The position numbers and the translations under genes were made by a program. This document shows, piece after piece, positions 33,331-45,899 of a stretch of 64,000 bases of DNA. Under the pieces are notes generated by a model. That model ran no database searches, was not told the origin of the DNA, and saw only the letters and a program-made list of their open reading frames with translations. Positions within the stretch are counted from its first letter, which is position 1. The number at the start of each line of letters is the position of its first letter. The stretch is from Octopus sinensis. Its lineage: Eukaryota. Location of the stretch: assembly GCF_006345805.1 (NCBI RefSeq), contig NC_043010.1, positions 47,802,001-47,866,000 on the forward strand. The letters are read 5' to 3'.

Positions 33331-34574
33331 ACTGAGTTAAGAAATAATGAAATCTACAGTTTTGACTAAAAGAGATTTGCTCAAATAGCAAGTAAACCAA
33401 TGAAAATTTCAAGTTTTAAGATGATTATTTCTCATTATATCAAATTGTACATAGTTGAGGATAAGCGAGAACGCAAGAAAAAAAAAATGAAAGAGTGGCT
33501 ATACACAGGATAATGATAGAGTATATACATACAGAGAAAGGTGGAGTACATGAGAAAATGAAGAACTGAATGCATGCACACTCAAGAAGGGAGATTACAA
33601 GAGAGGCAAGTAGAGGTAGATACACCAGAAGAGTGTGTGCATGCCTGCTAGAGAGAGTGGACAGGCATGTGAAAGAATACATGTGAGAAGGGAGGGTTAG
33701 TGCAAGTGAAAGATAAAATCTGCATGCCGGTCGGGGCAAAGGAATACAAGTCAGTATGGATATCAGAGTAAGTAAATGTGTAAATAGTATCTAGTAATAC
33801 ATCAGTGGGCATTACAATGGTTATATATAGGGAGGGGAGATGGTATAGCAAACTAAAGCAGGACAGATACACACATAGATATATGAAGTAATGACATTTC
33901 TTAGTCCATTGTCTCATTTGCCAAACTAGAAGCCTTCCTTTTACTTAATAATCTGATAATTGTGTGACTAGATATTTGCTTGATACAAATGAGTATTGGT
34001 GTGTGACTAAGAAATTAATTTTGTAACAACATGGTTCTTAGATCAATCTCACTTTACAGCACTACCAACAAGTGGTTTCTACCTTAGCATGGGCTATGCA
34101 ATGCCTTACAAGAGAAATTTGGTAAATGGAAACTGTGTACAAGTCCATAATATATATATTTATACACACACGTGTATCTTTTGCTGAAAGATGTAAACAT
34201 TGGCAAGGGAATTCTGCACAAATGCAGTGAAAACTGCTCATGAAATACGTAAAAAAGTTTTACTTGTTTGGTAGTAGAGAGGAGATGCTGACACTAGAGA
34301 GAGATATTAAGGTATATATATTCCACTACAAGCAATCCTAGATGCTTTGATTGTAAGTAGATTGAATACGCAGTTAAAAACCCCAAGGAAAACATACAAC
34401 AAACTACTTTCCTGTCCAGGGACAAGTTTATTTCATTGGCTGAGTATTATTAGAGGAAATACAACTAAATAGTAGTCCTATGAAGATTTTTTGTTTACAT
34501 GCATTCGTGTACATTGATGTATAAAATCACAAGGCCAGTACTTAATTCAGTAGCAGAACTTTCCAAACTAGTGA

Positions 34575-34785
34575 AACAAAAGATGATTTTTTTCAATGCC
34601 ATCAGAATCAGTGTTAGTGGTATTTAACACAGTACATAGATCAATGGGGACAGGTAGTCCCTTGGAAGATGCCCCTCCTGATTTCTACTGTCTCTAAACT
34701 TTTTCCGTATGCTGTCAGGTCCATCTTCCAATTCGCCATACTTTTTCCAAGCAATTGCTCAACAGGTGTAATTTTTGCATATATG
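34575..34785 (-). mobile_element. R4/Dong-clade LINE RT fragment
   Basis: EQLLGKSMANWKMDLTAYGKSLETVEIRRGIFQGDYLSPLIYVLC*IPLTLIL matches the R4/Dong signature IRRGIFQGDSLSPLLFVLCMIPL. Confidence 0.78.
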
Positions 34786-34826
34786 TTTAACCCATTTGCA
34801 TTCAAATTACTCCATCACATTGTTTT

Positions 34827-34918
34827 AAATTAACCATGCATCGTCTCATAGCTTCATAAATTAACCATGCATCGTCTCATAGCTTCATAAATTAACCATG
34901 CATCGTCTCATAGCTTCA
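34827..34918. repeat. 3 x 31-bp perfect tandem repeat inside a MITE
   Basis: Unit aaattaaccatgcatcgtctcatagcttcat starts at 34827, 34858 and 34889. Confidence 0.95.
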
Positions 34919-35874
34919 AGATTTCAATGATGAGATTGTTTATTCTTAGAATGACATTGTAGGGGAGGTGCGAGAGGCTGGATCTGGCTGGTTTGCACAT
35001 AAAACAGATAGAATATTTGGGCTGGATATGGTTGGTTTGAATACTAAAGGATTAAAGATGAAGGAGCAATTTTTTTGTACAAACCTTAACACAAGTCTGG
35101 AAGGTAAGATGCCTTAACACAAGTCTGGAAGGTAAGGATCAAGTCTAAGCTAATATATTAATTTTGATTTTCTTTTTTTATAAACATTCACAGATCCTGA
35201 GGCATTTGCCCTGCTGACAGATTCTTAGTTAGGGATGAGTATAATATACAAACACATACAGTGACAAGCAGAATAATATATAGGCATTAGTAGCATAAAT
35301 CATCTCTCCAGAAAAACATGCAAATATCTGAAGATATGAGAAAGTCATTAATTATACAGTGTCAATAGCTGAGAAAAGGGAAGAGTGGAGATGGATAGAG
35401 AGCTCAGAACTGAACAGCTCATCTCCATCTACCTTAAACAAGTCACGGAGAAAAGATATTGTAAAAAAAGCCCCAGATCAGTTAAGTTACAAATATACAT
35501 CTATTCCAGTTTGGCAACTTGACAAAATTCGTTTTGCATCAACATTTCTAACAAGTAAAATAAAGAATAAGTAGCAACCGAAAGGAATAAAAGTATGTTG
35601 TGTTTACAAGTTAGAAGAGAGATAGTGGTGTAACCTGCTTCAACCACTGAGTGTGTATATGTGATGTCACACCTGTCAACTTTCAGGTTGGTATTGTTGT
35701 ATATCCACACAAAAACACTAAAATGTAAATGCATTTGTTGTTTGGTCCTGCTTTAACAATAGATACAGAAATGGAACAGAATTTGGATACACACAATCAC
35801 AATTTCAGTTTAGATTAACACCTTGCATAATATAGCTATCATTATCACTTTAATACTCACATCAAATTAAGGAA

Positions 35875-36035
35875 GGGAGCTAGCAGAATTATTAGCATGC
35901 CACTAAGCATTTTGTCCATTTGTAGTTCAAATGTTGCCAAGATTACCTTTCATCCTGTTGAGCACTGGGGTTGATATAACTGACTTACCCCACCCTCACC
36001 CAAACTTGCTGGCCTTGTGCCAAAATTTGAAACAA
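35875..36035 (+). mobile_element. SINE family B, decayed
   Basis: gagctagcagaattattagc..gttcaaat..ctttcatcc..ctggggttgat..ggccttgtgccaaaatttgaaac. Confidence 0.7.
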
Positions 36036-36494
36036 ATATTCACATCATATCAGCTTGGGTTAAATAGATTTGCAATATAGTATAACTTCACCTGTCTTGA
36101 TTCTGTCATTTACTATTTCCAATGAGGTTTATTCAGTCTAATGTTTTCAGACCATGCTTGCCTTTTTGGCTGGCTTCTGGTGACCTGTACCCTATCACAA
36201 GGGTATCAAATGTAGGGCTCACAAGAATGCTTATTGTTCAGTATCCCCACTCCCAGTTCAATTTTATGTATATATATATATATATATATAAAACGCTTAT
36301 TAATTTTAAAGTATTCCATAAAATATACACTGGCTAGCAAGCATTCAGAGTTAGAGCCCAACAAATGCTGTGATTAAAACTAGTTCCAATAAGTCAAACC
36401 AATGCACCTAAGGAAATCTTCTATATTAAACAAATGAAAAGAAACTTATGAATCCATATACTTAAAAGATGTAGCTTATTTCTCCTTTAGTGTG

Positions 36495-36537
<43 letters not shown>

Positions 36538-38924
36538 CAAGCCAAATGGAAGTCCTGCTTCACTCCTCATACAAATATATGCACATGTTCATCAAAATAG
36601 ATTCTATTGATAGAATCTCAAGAACTATATGCATTTGTTTAGACAATTCTTCTGTTCTCTCTTTCAGGAGGAATGTATACACACCATGTGTGGAAGAGTT
36701 TCTTCCATACATTTCTATACACAGAATTATATATATAGATATACATATATGCAACAGGATTCTTTCAGTTTCTGTCTACCAAACCCACGCCCAAGGCTAT
36801 AGTAGAAGACACTTGCCCAAGGTGCCATGCATTGGGACTGAACCTGAAATCATCATCATCATCATCATCATCTAACGTCTGCTTTCCATGCTAGCATGGG
36901 TTGGACGATTTGACTGAGGGCTGGCAAACCAGATGACTGCAGGCTCCAATCTTGATCTGGCAGAGTTTCTACAGCCGGATGCCCTTCCTAATGGGATGCT
37001 CTGCGCCAAACACATCCTTTCATAAAATTTTTTAAAACTCTCAAAACATGCTATATCAACTTTCATCATGATTATTACTTTTGGTGGTGTTGAATATGAT
37101 AAAATGGTAAAAGGATGCTGCATATGGTTGTCACCTAAAGGCAATAGAGACTTGAGAGTTTAATACCAAAATATGTGAGTTATTTATATGTGTTAGTTTA
37201 AAGAACACTATCTTCTAATTACTCAATACAGAGCTCAAATAAAGGGATCCGCTATGTGATTGTTCAACCTGCTAAAAATAATCAAATTTCCCTCAAATCA
37301 CACTTTACAGTCTTTTAAGAGAGCTATCGCTGGAATACCTTTGATCATAAATATGCTCAATCAGATGTGATCTGAGAGTCACACAAAAGTAGATTTCGTG
37401 CTGGCCTTTCACATTCATATTATTCTCTCAAAATTAATTCTTATGTATTCACAATAATTTTGAATTAATCATGCATTATCTCAGCTCCAAGATTTCAACG
37501 ATGTGATTGCTTAGTTTGTAGGGGTACGAGAGGTCAAATCTGGCCAGTTCAAACAAAAAACAGGTTGAATATTTTAGCTGGATATGGCAAGTTTAAATGC
37601 TAAAGAGTTAAACTACACATGTATACAAAATACCTCACAGTCAGTGAGGATAAATAACTTTCTTTAATTACTGTAGGCTGTATATTTACCTGTACAAGTG
37701 CATAACCAAAACTCTGTGGAGTTGTGACCTGCAGAATTTGGTTATCTATTTGAAGTGGAGGAACATTCTTTGAAATACACCATATAGCTTGGGGCTTATA
37801 TATGTATACTGGCTTATTATAACAATGTGTGTGTAAACAAAAGTAAATATATCTGTCAGGTAGAAAGTATGTAAAATTACAGAAGAGTGAACATGTACAT
37901 TGCATAACAGTTTATGTATGTGTACACATACACACACATGTAGCTAGAAGGCTATTAATATTTCAAGTCTCCCAAATTTGAAGCCACACACCATTGTCTG
38001 TTAAATGTAATTTACATTAAATAAACAAGCACAAACGACAAAGTAAGGGAAGATAGCAAAGAAACTACACAATTACACTCATATTTTCAGACAAGTGCAA
38101 AAAAAAAAGCAGTCTACAGATGTTATTTTCATTTATCCAAAACCATATTATTTCACTCTAGTTTCCATATATAGCCGAGATAAATGGAATTTGGTTGAGA
38201 AGAAAAAATGTGCAAATAATATGCAACTATGATTATGAAGACAAGTGTACTATGAACACAGGAAGGAGAAAAAAACCAAAAAGTACAAAGTGACTGACTG
38301 TGCTAAGGGTGTGTATAAAATATTAACATTATTGAGGAAATAAAGTGGATGATGGCAAACATTTTCTATGTGAAAAGACTGACAGAATAGGATATCTCTT
38401 AGGTCACAAGTTCAAATCCCTCAGACATTTTGTTTGGCTCTGGGTAAAAATGGCCTCATTTCACCCTAATGCCAGAATTTCTAGGAAATGGTACCTGCAA
38501 TAAGTGTCTGACTTTTCAGAAATGGAGAGATTGTTTTTTTTAATCTCTACTAAATATTACAGAACCTGAGAGTTAGATTTTAAAAACTATCTCTGCAAAG
38601 TCTTAAGGTAAATGAAGGTGGAGTGGGGAAGGGCTAAATTAAAAAAACAAAACAAAAGATCTCACATCGTCTAATTCAAATACATTTTTTTTCCGACTCA
38701 CTCTAAGGACTTCCAGGTAATAAATACTGATTAAAAAAAATTTTTTTTTTAATTTCTAAGGACAGGAACATAAGTGTTTGAATTACTGCTAACACTTATG
38801 CTAATGATGTCATACGGCTGACAGAAAATGGAAACATCAAATTTGGTGTCATAAAATGTCTAATTCCATTTTTGCATTCACTAATCCTGTTGATAGCAGT
38901 TTCCTTCAAATTTCAATTTATAGG

Positions 38925-39345
38925 TACAAGCATGGTTGACTGAGTGGTAAGAAGTTTATTTCCAAACCACAAGGCTTCAGGTTCAGTCCCACTGTATGGT
39001 ACCTTGGGCAAGTTTTTTCTGGTATAACCCTGGGCTGACAAAAGCCATATGGGTGGATTTGGTAGATGGACACCGAAAGAAGTTCATTGTATGTGTGTAC
39101 TAGTGTTTCCCTGCTTTGACTTCATGTGACAGTCGTAAATGAATGTCACTGTTATGCAAGCGGTGTCCTTTGTTTCCAATCTCCCATGAAAATATGTCTG
39201 GTCATGAGAAAATATTAACTTACATGGAACAGGTGAGGGTTGGCAACCAGAAGGGTGCCTGGCTGTAGAAAATCCACTTCATCAAATTCTGTCTGGCCCA
39301 TGCAAACATGGAGAAATGGACGTTAAAATGATAATCTTCCTCATT
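38925..39345 (+). mobile_element. Composite SINE: family A tRNA head plus family C core and RTE-type tail
   Basis: The family A head continues to gaaagaag, then gtcactgt.atgcaagcggtgtcc, ggttggcaacc.gaagggtg, catggagaaatggacgttaaaatga. Confidence 0.75.
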
Positions 39346-39375
39346 TGAAACATACAAATAGGACTGTTTTATTTT

Positions 39376-39725
39376 TAATGACCATACACATGGTAAGAAG
39401 CTTGCTTCCCCAACCATATAGTTCCAGGTTCAGTCCCACTGTGAGGCACCCTGGACACATGTCTTCTATAGCCTTGGGCTGACCAAAACCTTGTGAGTGG
39501 ATTTGGTGGGTGAAAATTAAAAGAAACCCGTTTTTTATGTGTGTGTGTCTTTGTGTTTGTCCCTCCTACCATAAATGCTTGACAACCAGTGTTGGTGTGT
39601 TTATGTCCTCTAACTTAGCAGGTCAGCAATAGGGCCAATAGAATAAGTACTAGATTTTTAAAAAAATAAATAAATAAACAGTCATGACCGCGGTCAAATG
39701 ACTGAAACAAGTAAAAGATAAAAGA
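39376..39725 (+). mobile_element. SINE family A
   Basis: Head to tail match. Confidence 0.82.
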
Positions 39726-39845
39726 TCCAATAATGATCTAAATAATTGGTAAATTTATTAAGCACATAATCAAATATTTCATTTTCAAATTACGGAGATG
39801 TACTTGCATAGCAAGTGACCTGATCTGAGATCGTGTGCTGAAACA

Positions 39846-40140
39846 AAAATCATTGCAGCGTGGAAGGTGTTTATAAGCCATTTAAAAACACACAAAAACC
39901 ATTAGCTTCACTTCAACATTTAAATTTAATTTGTCAAAATATTTTCATCGCTTTGAGACCGTGACCTGTTCACTGACAAAATTCCGTGCTGCATCTGCAT
40001 GGAATTTTGTCAGTGAACAGGTCGCAGTCTAAAAGCGACAAAAATATTTTGACAAATTAAATTTAAATGTTGAAGTGAAGCTAATGGTTTTTGTGTGTTT
40101 TTAAATGGCTTATAAACACCTTCCACACTGCAATGGTTTT
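39846..40140. repeat. 295-bp near-perfect palindrome (fold-back element)
   Basis: Arms of about 144 bp are reverse complements with few mismatches; 7-nt loop at 39990..39996. Confidence 0.92.
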
Positions 40141-40384
40141 CATTTTCAAGTTTTTTAAAGAAAAACAAAATGATTTTTTTTTCCACGCAATATTACTTAT
40201 ATTTAGTTCAATTTGCAAGCTTTAGTTACAGTGGGACAAACAAGCTACTAGCTGATAAATTGGTAACTCAAAATCCTGTTACAGGGACTGCAGAAAGTCC
40301 ATGCTCAGGACATTTAATGCTTATAAATCCAATCCATCTGTGTGAAGTAGTGCAATACACAAACATGTGGCGGAAATGGGATTC

Positions 40385-40530
40385 CTCTGAAAGGTTTTCT
40401 GAGAAGCATTTCTTGACAGGGTGCATAGCTCAGAGATCAGGGAATCTCTCCATGCTGAGCTGCTTCTTTTTCTCAGATTGAGAGGTTATGGTCTGCTACT
40501 ACAGATGTGATTAGAATGTCACAGGAGATT
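40385..40530 (+). mobile_element. RTE-clade LINE fragment (same family as 175..455)
   Basis: Shares ttgacagggtgc..agagatca.gga.tctct and gatgtgattagaat with 175..330. Confidence 0.55.
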
Positions 40531-41139
40531 TAGGGGTAGAATGTTTGGACGAGGTTTCAATAATGTGTGTGTGTGTGTGTGTGTGTGTGCATGAGTAAGT
40601 TCAAATATATTATTCAATAGAAATTTATACTGAGTCAAGAGGTCACCAACCGATCAGGGTACACCAAAACTTATGTTGTTAAGTAGGCGGGGACAACAAG
40701 ACGTTTCACATTGTAAGTAGGGTTGATAAATGTAAAAGGGGTAATTTGTGCAGGCAGTTCTCCCGATATGTTTTCCAAGGTGGTGCCTCAGCATGGCCAC
40801 AATAACTGAAACAAGATAAAAAGATAGTCTCAGTTGGTCATTCTTGGGGATCCAGGCAGAAAGGGTAATGACAGCTGCTTCTGTTAGGCTTCCTTTGGAG
40901 GAGGTGCTTGAGGACTCTAGACCCATAACCCTCCCAAGAATAGTAGCTGAAGAAGATGGTTGTAGAACAACTTGTGGGTTGCTCCAAAAGCATTTTACTG
41001 ACTACTTCAGTGTTGCCAAAGGGATTACTTAAACTTCAACAACCACACAATCGGGAATCTGGTAGAATACCCATTTCCATTTGGCGACAAATGGAGAAAC
41101 TTAGTCATTATGAAAATATCTCCTAACTTACTAGATTCA

Positions 41140-41460
41140 GCCACTGGACTGCAGCCTTGAAGGGTTTTAGTCAAACAAATCAACTCCAATACTTATTGTA
41201 AAGCCTGGCACTTATTCCAGCAGTCTCTTATGCAGAACTGCTAAGTTATGGGGACATAAACAAACCAACACTGATTTTTGAGTGGGGATTGAGAGGGACA
41301 AAGACACATACTATATACACAACAGGCTTCAACAAAGTTTCCATCTAGTATATTCGCTCACAAGACATTGGTTGAACTGGTGATATAGAAGAAGACAGTC
41401 ACCCACAATGCCACGCAGTGGGACTGAACTGAAATCACATAGTTGGAAAGCAAGATTCAG
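41140..41460 (-). mobile_element. SINE family A, decayed
   Basis: Reverse complement match (ccacgcagtgggactgaac..gttggaaagcaag). Confidence 0.75.
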
Positions 41461-42111
41461 AAATATTTTTCATGAGGGCAACAAAAACAAGCATGGCCTT
41501 GAAATATGACAACTTTAAAATCCATGAAACATTATAGTGCACTAAAATCTATCTATGAAAGCCATCAGAGCTTAATGTTTCATGTAACAATGACTTATAA
41601 CAATTCACGCTGGAGGTCAATAACAGAGTTTAGAGTTATGCTAGAAATAGCAGCAAAATCACCTTCAACTCATATTCTACTGTTTTAACCTCTTTTTATT
41701 CTTATCATATTTCTGTTCAAATGCACTGTCTTTGTTTCGATAAATTTTGACTGTGCCGGTGGCACGTAAAAAGCACCCACTACACTCTCGGAGTGGTTGG
41801 CGTTAGGAAGGGCATCCAGCTGTAGAAACACTGCCAGATCAGACTGGGCCTCGTGCAGCCTTCTGGCTTCCCAGACCCCAGTTGAACTGTCCAACCCATG
41901 CTAGCATGGAAAGCGGACGTTAAAAGATGATGATGATGATGAAAGAAATTAGTAAAATAATTCATTATTAAGCTGATGATTGGAACACAAAGTAACAAGA
42001 AATTTTTATGAAAGGTTTTAATTTTGATGAATTTAAAACAGGAAGTTTGTATCATAGAAGCAGGGGCAACTTGAGGCAGGTTGGTGTGAAAAGATTAAAA
42101 AAAAACAAAGA

Positions 42112-42506
42112 TATTGTACAGGAGTGGCTGTGTGGTAAGTAGCTTGCTAACCAGCCACATGTTTCCGGGTTCAGTCCCACTGCGTGGCATCTCGGGCAAG
42201 TGTCTTCTGCTATAGCCCCGGGCCGACCAATACCTTGTGAGTGGATTTGGTAGACGGAAACTGAAAGAAGCCTGTCGTATATATGTGTATATATATATAT
42301 GTATGTATGTGTTTGTCCCCCTAGCATTGCTTGACAACCGATGCTGGTGTGTTTACGTCCCCGTCACTTAGCGGTTTGGCAAAAGAGACCGATAGAATAA
42401 GTACTGGGCTTACAAAGAATAAGTCCCGGGGTTGATATGCTCGACTAAAGGCGGTGCTCCAGCATGGCTGCAGTCAAATGACTGAAACAAGTATAAGAGT
42501 AAGAGT
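42112..42506 (+). mobile_element. Full-length, CpG-rich (young) SINE family A copy
   Basis: Complete head (ggttcagtccc B box), body and (TAAGAG)n tail; most CpGs are retained. Confidence 0.9.
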
Positions 42507-44261
42507 ATGTAGTTATAGATATACATAAAATGATCATCAATTAGGGTTGGCCTGGTGCTTAACAACAATTCTAACAATGTAAGAAATAAAAAAAGAAGCA
42601 GAAGCTAAGAAAATTTCCAGAGAATCAATTGAATTGTTTTGTTGTTACTTATTAGAAACCAAACCTTATTTTCATAAAGGATAAATATAAACAAAAATGA
42701 AAAGCACAGCTACTGTTTATTTCCTGAAAAAATAAATAAAAATGAAAAAAAGTTAAGTGATATTGGGTTATCTGTTACTTCAAGAGCCACCTTAAAAATA
42801 TTGTCATTGATAACAATAAGTGACAAACTTGAAATGTTGCCTTACAATAATTTCAAAAGCTAAACTAGTCTTGTAAATGTAAGAGAAACATGGGGCGGGG
42901 GGGGGGGAGAAAGGGGAGAAAGAAGACAATAAAATGATAATGTAAGTTTTCAGAGAAGAGCAAAAGATTGCAAGAGAGAATTTGTACACCACAGGCTGAG
43001 TAAACTTTCTTTTCAATTGTTTCTAATGTGAAACTAGGTTAATCATACATCTGACCTAAGTAAGCTAAAATAAAAGAAATGGATGATCAGTTTTAGATGA
43101 AAACAGTAGAATAAAAAGCACAGAGAATGGCTAGAGGTAAAGAGAGAAAAAAGGGTTACCAGCATTAAATAATTATCATTGACATTAGGAAATATGTACT
43201 TATCGCTTTTAGACATATTAGATGGAACCAGAGAAAGATTAAATGCTTAAGTAACAAACAAAAAAAGAAAAATATACAATACAATTCTTTCTAAAACTCT
43301 CACCTATTCTCAACACTAAGCAAAATATATAAAGACTATTGAAAAGGTTGCAAGACACAATGAAAATTTTAGGAAAATAAAAATAAGAAATAAGTGGAAA
43401 TTTTACCAGTGAGTGTGTTAAATCATAAGGCACAAAAAGAAAATGACTCTCCCCAAACACAACAGAATATGCTTCAACACACGAACTCACATAAAGAATT
43501 TTGCAAACCAAATCCAAAAACGAAATAAGCAAAATATAGTTTAAATATTTAATTGTTGTGGCTGTGTGGTAAGAAGATTGCTTTCCAACCACAAAGTTCC
43601 GGGTTCTGTCCCACTGCATGGGACCTTAAGTAAGTGTACGAGTGAATTTGGTAGAGAGAAACTGAAAGCCAGCGAGCTGGCAGAAACGTTGGGATGCCAG
43701 GCGAAATGCTTAGCGGTATTTCGTCTGTCTTTACATTCTGAGTTCAAATTCTGCCGATGTCGACTTTTAGGGGAATGTGACATATTTCAACTTCTAAAAG
43801 GCAAATTCATTGCAGTTACTGAGGAGAAAAAAATTCTCTTATGGTAAAAGGCATCAAAATACTATATCTACCCAGTACTTCTCCCTATCAGATACCCAGA
43901 CGCGTTTTTAACTCTTTAGATATTATTAATAAGTGTGTGCATGCGCATGAATGTGCATGTTTGTATGTGTGTACATATGTTGCTTTGATATCGCATAATA
44001 GTAGTTAGTGTCACTATCACACAAGCAGTGTCCTTTGTTTCCAATCTTCTGAGACATGGCTGATCATGGGAAAATATTACTTTACTTGGAAACAAGTGAA
44101 GGTTGGTGACAAGAAGAGCATCTAGCCATAGAAAATTCATCTTAACAAATTCTTGGCAACCCATGCAGTATGGAAAAATGGACATTAAAACAAATGAAGA
44201 TTTCATCTTTGATCTGCATTTATATTTGTAATAAATCAAATCTATCATTTTGAAAGCACTG

Positions 44262-44743
44262 CAGTGTGCAACACAATTTTTGTCCCTGGGTAGCAACTGT
44301 TATTTCCTATTTCCCATAGAAAGTATGGAAAATGGCTAATATTTCCTTCAAACTTTGCTTTTGCAACAATATCTATTCAAACTCTAAAGAAACCCTCTCA
44401 ACACATAGCCATGACGCTCACCATTCCTGCTTATGATCAGAGATGCACATATTGTCAGCCATCAAGGGACATGCTCAAGTGGTTAAGGTCATGCAACCAA
44501 CAAGCAAACCTGTCCTATTGAGCAGAATATTTGCTACACTAATTTTTTTTATTCAGCATCTCAGCACTAAATCTGTCTGAAATGTAATGGAAAATAGATC
44601 AGTTTCAAAACAATGATGTCCAGGTCACAAAAGCAAAATTTGAAGGGAATAGCAATGATTTCCTTTAATTTCTAAATAGAAACTATAGGAAATAATACTA
44701 ACTGACCAAAGACAAAAAAAATAATAATTTTTTTTACACAGTG
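44262..44743. mobile_element. ~480-bp non-autonomous DNA transposon (same family as 21851)
   Basis: cagtgtgcaac ... ttacacagtg; shared internal atgatcagagatgcacatattgtcagcc. Confidence 0.6.
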
Positions 44744-44896
44744 TTACTTACTAGCAAATAACTTTATATGACTAATTTACAGAGCTAGACTTAGATAGAA
44801 AATGAATTCTTGTTATTATCAAAAAGATCCAAGAGACAAGTTTAAATTTGTTTCATAGCTACAGCTATCACGAAGTGTATCATCTCTTTTGCTAAA

Positions 44897-45121
44897 CCCT
44901 TTCAATACCAGCCCTGCTGAAACTGCCTCTGGCTCTGTAGTACAAATGTCTTGTTTTCAAAAGTTCTGAATTAAAATCTATCAAACCTTAGTCACAATTT
45001 ATGTTCCTAACACTAGCTTAATGATAACTAAGTTATCTAAAGATAACTAAATTCTTTATTATATCTAAAATTAATTGAAAGAAACATAGAGCATCTCAAC
45101 AGAAATATGGTAACAAAAAGA
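44897..45121. mobile_element. piggyBac-type MITE (family P1), decayed ends
   Basis: ccctttcaatacc..ctggctctgtagtacaaatgtcttgttttc matches 24888 and 29932. Confidence 0.7.
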
Positions 45122-45899
45122 TTAAGAAATTAACAAATTTTTACGTTTTAATATTGAGTCATTTCACTAAAGAGGGTTCATTCTCATAAAGTCCAATTTA
45201 CCTCATACCAAGTCTTCTGACCTAACCTCTATTATCATCCCATACACAACAATTTTAGTCGAGACGTCACTCTTAGCATTAGAATGGGTTATCAGTACAG
45301 TCACCTCTTCCATGTATCAACTAAGGTTTCTGATACCCTACTATAATAAAGAAAGCAGAAGCCAAAGAGTGTGCTATCTCAGAAAATAAAAAAATTACCT
45401 TATGAAAGAGAAAGTAATGAAAGAGAAAGCCCATTAACTCAGTATGAGGGAAAATAAAATAGCCATTCAGCAATTAAACATTTGTTCAAATGGAAATAAA
45501 TTAGAATCCAATTTGTTGTTGTTGATGTTCAGTAACATGGTCTGACATCATAGGTTTAAACAACAGCCAATGTCCAGGAGAGCAACAGCTGCCACATTGA
45601 AAGATCATCTTAAATTCCTATATTGTTACCTGCAACAAAATCTATAGATGGACTAGAAATAGAAGCCAAATCTTTTTCAGCTCTCACATTGAGAACATAT
45701 TACATAACACTATAACAAAATTTATATTTTTGTCTTTAGTCAGTAAGTGTTATTTCTTAGGTGCTTCTGTCTAGAAATCAAAGAAAATCATTGCTATTCC
45801 CTTCAAATCTTGCTTTTGTGACCTAGACATCAATGTTTTGAAACTGACCTAATTTCCAGTTCATCCAGCCTGCCACTGCACTGTACCTTTTGTGTAAGC

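Noticed and set aside
37634-37760. Phase-2 donor after ...IKESYLSSLTVR as the missing DEK-C exon
   Set aside because: The phase fits, but there is no convincing acceptor and the peptide lacks the DEK-C pattern and length.
42660-42750. Strong minus-strand acceptor (ttttatttattttttcag) at about 42723
   Set aside because: The downstream sequence is T-rich and non-coding-like and the only donor is weak; no supporting neighbours.
42892-42916. G-run as a G-quadruplex or promoter
   Set aside because: An isolated homopolymer with no CpG island or other promoter evidence.
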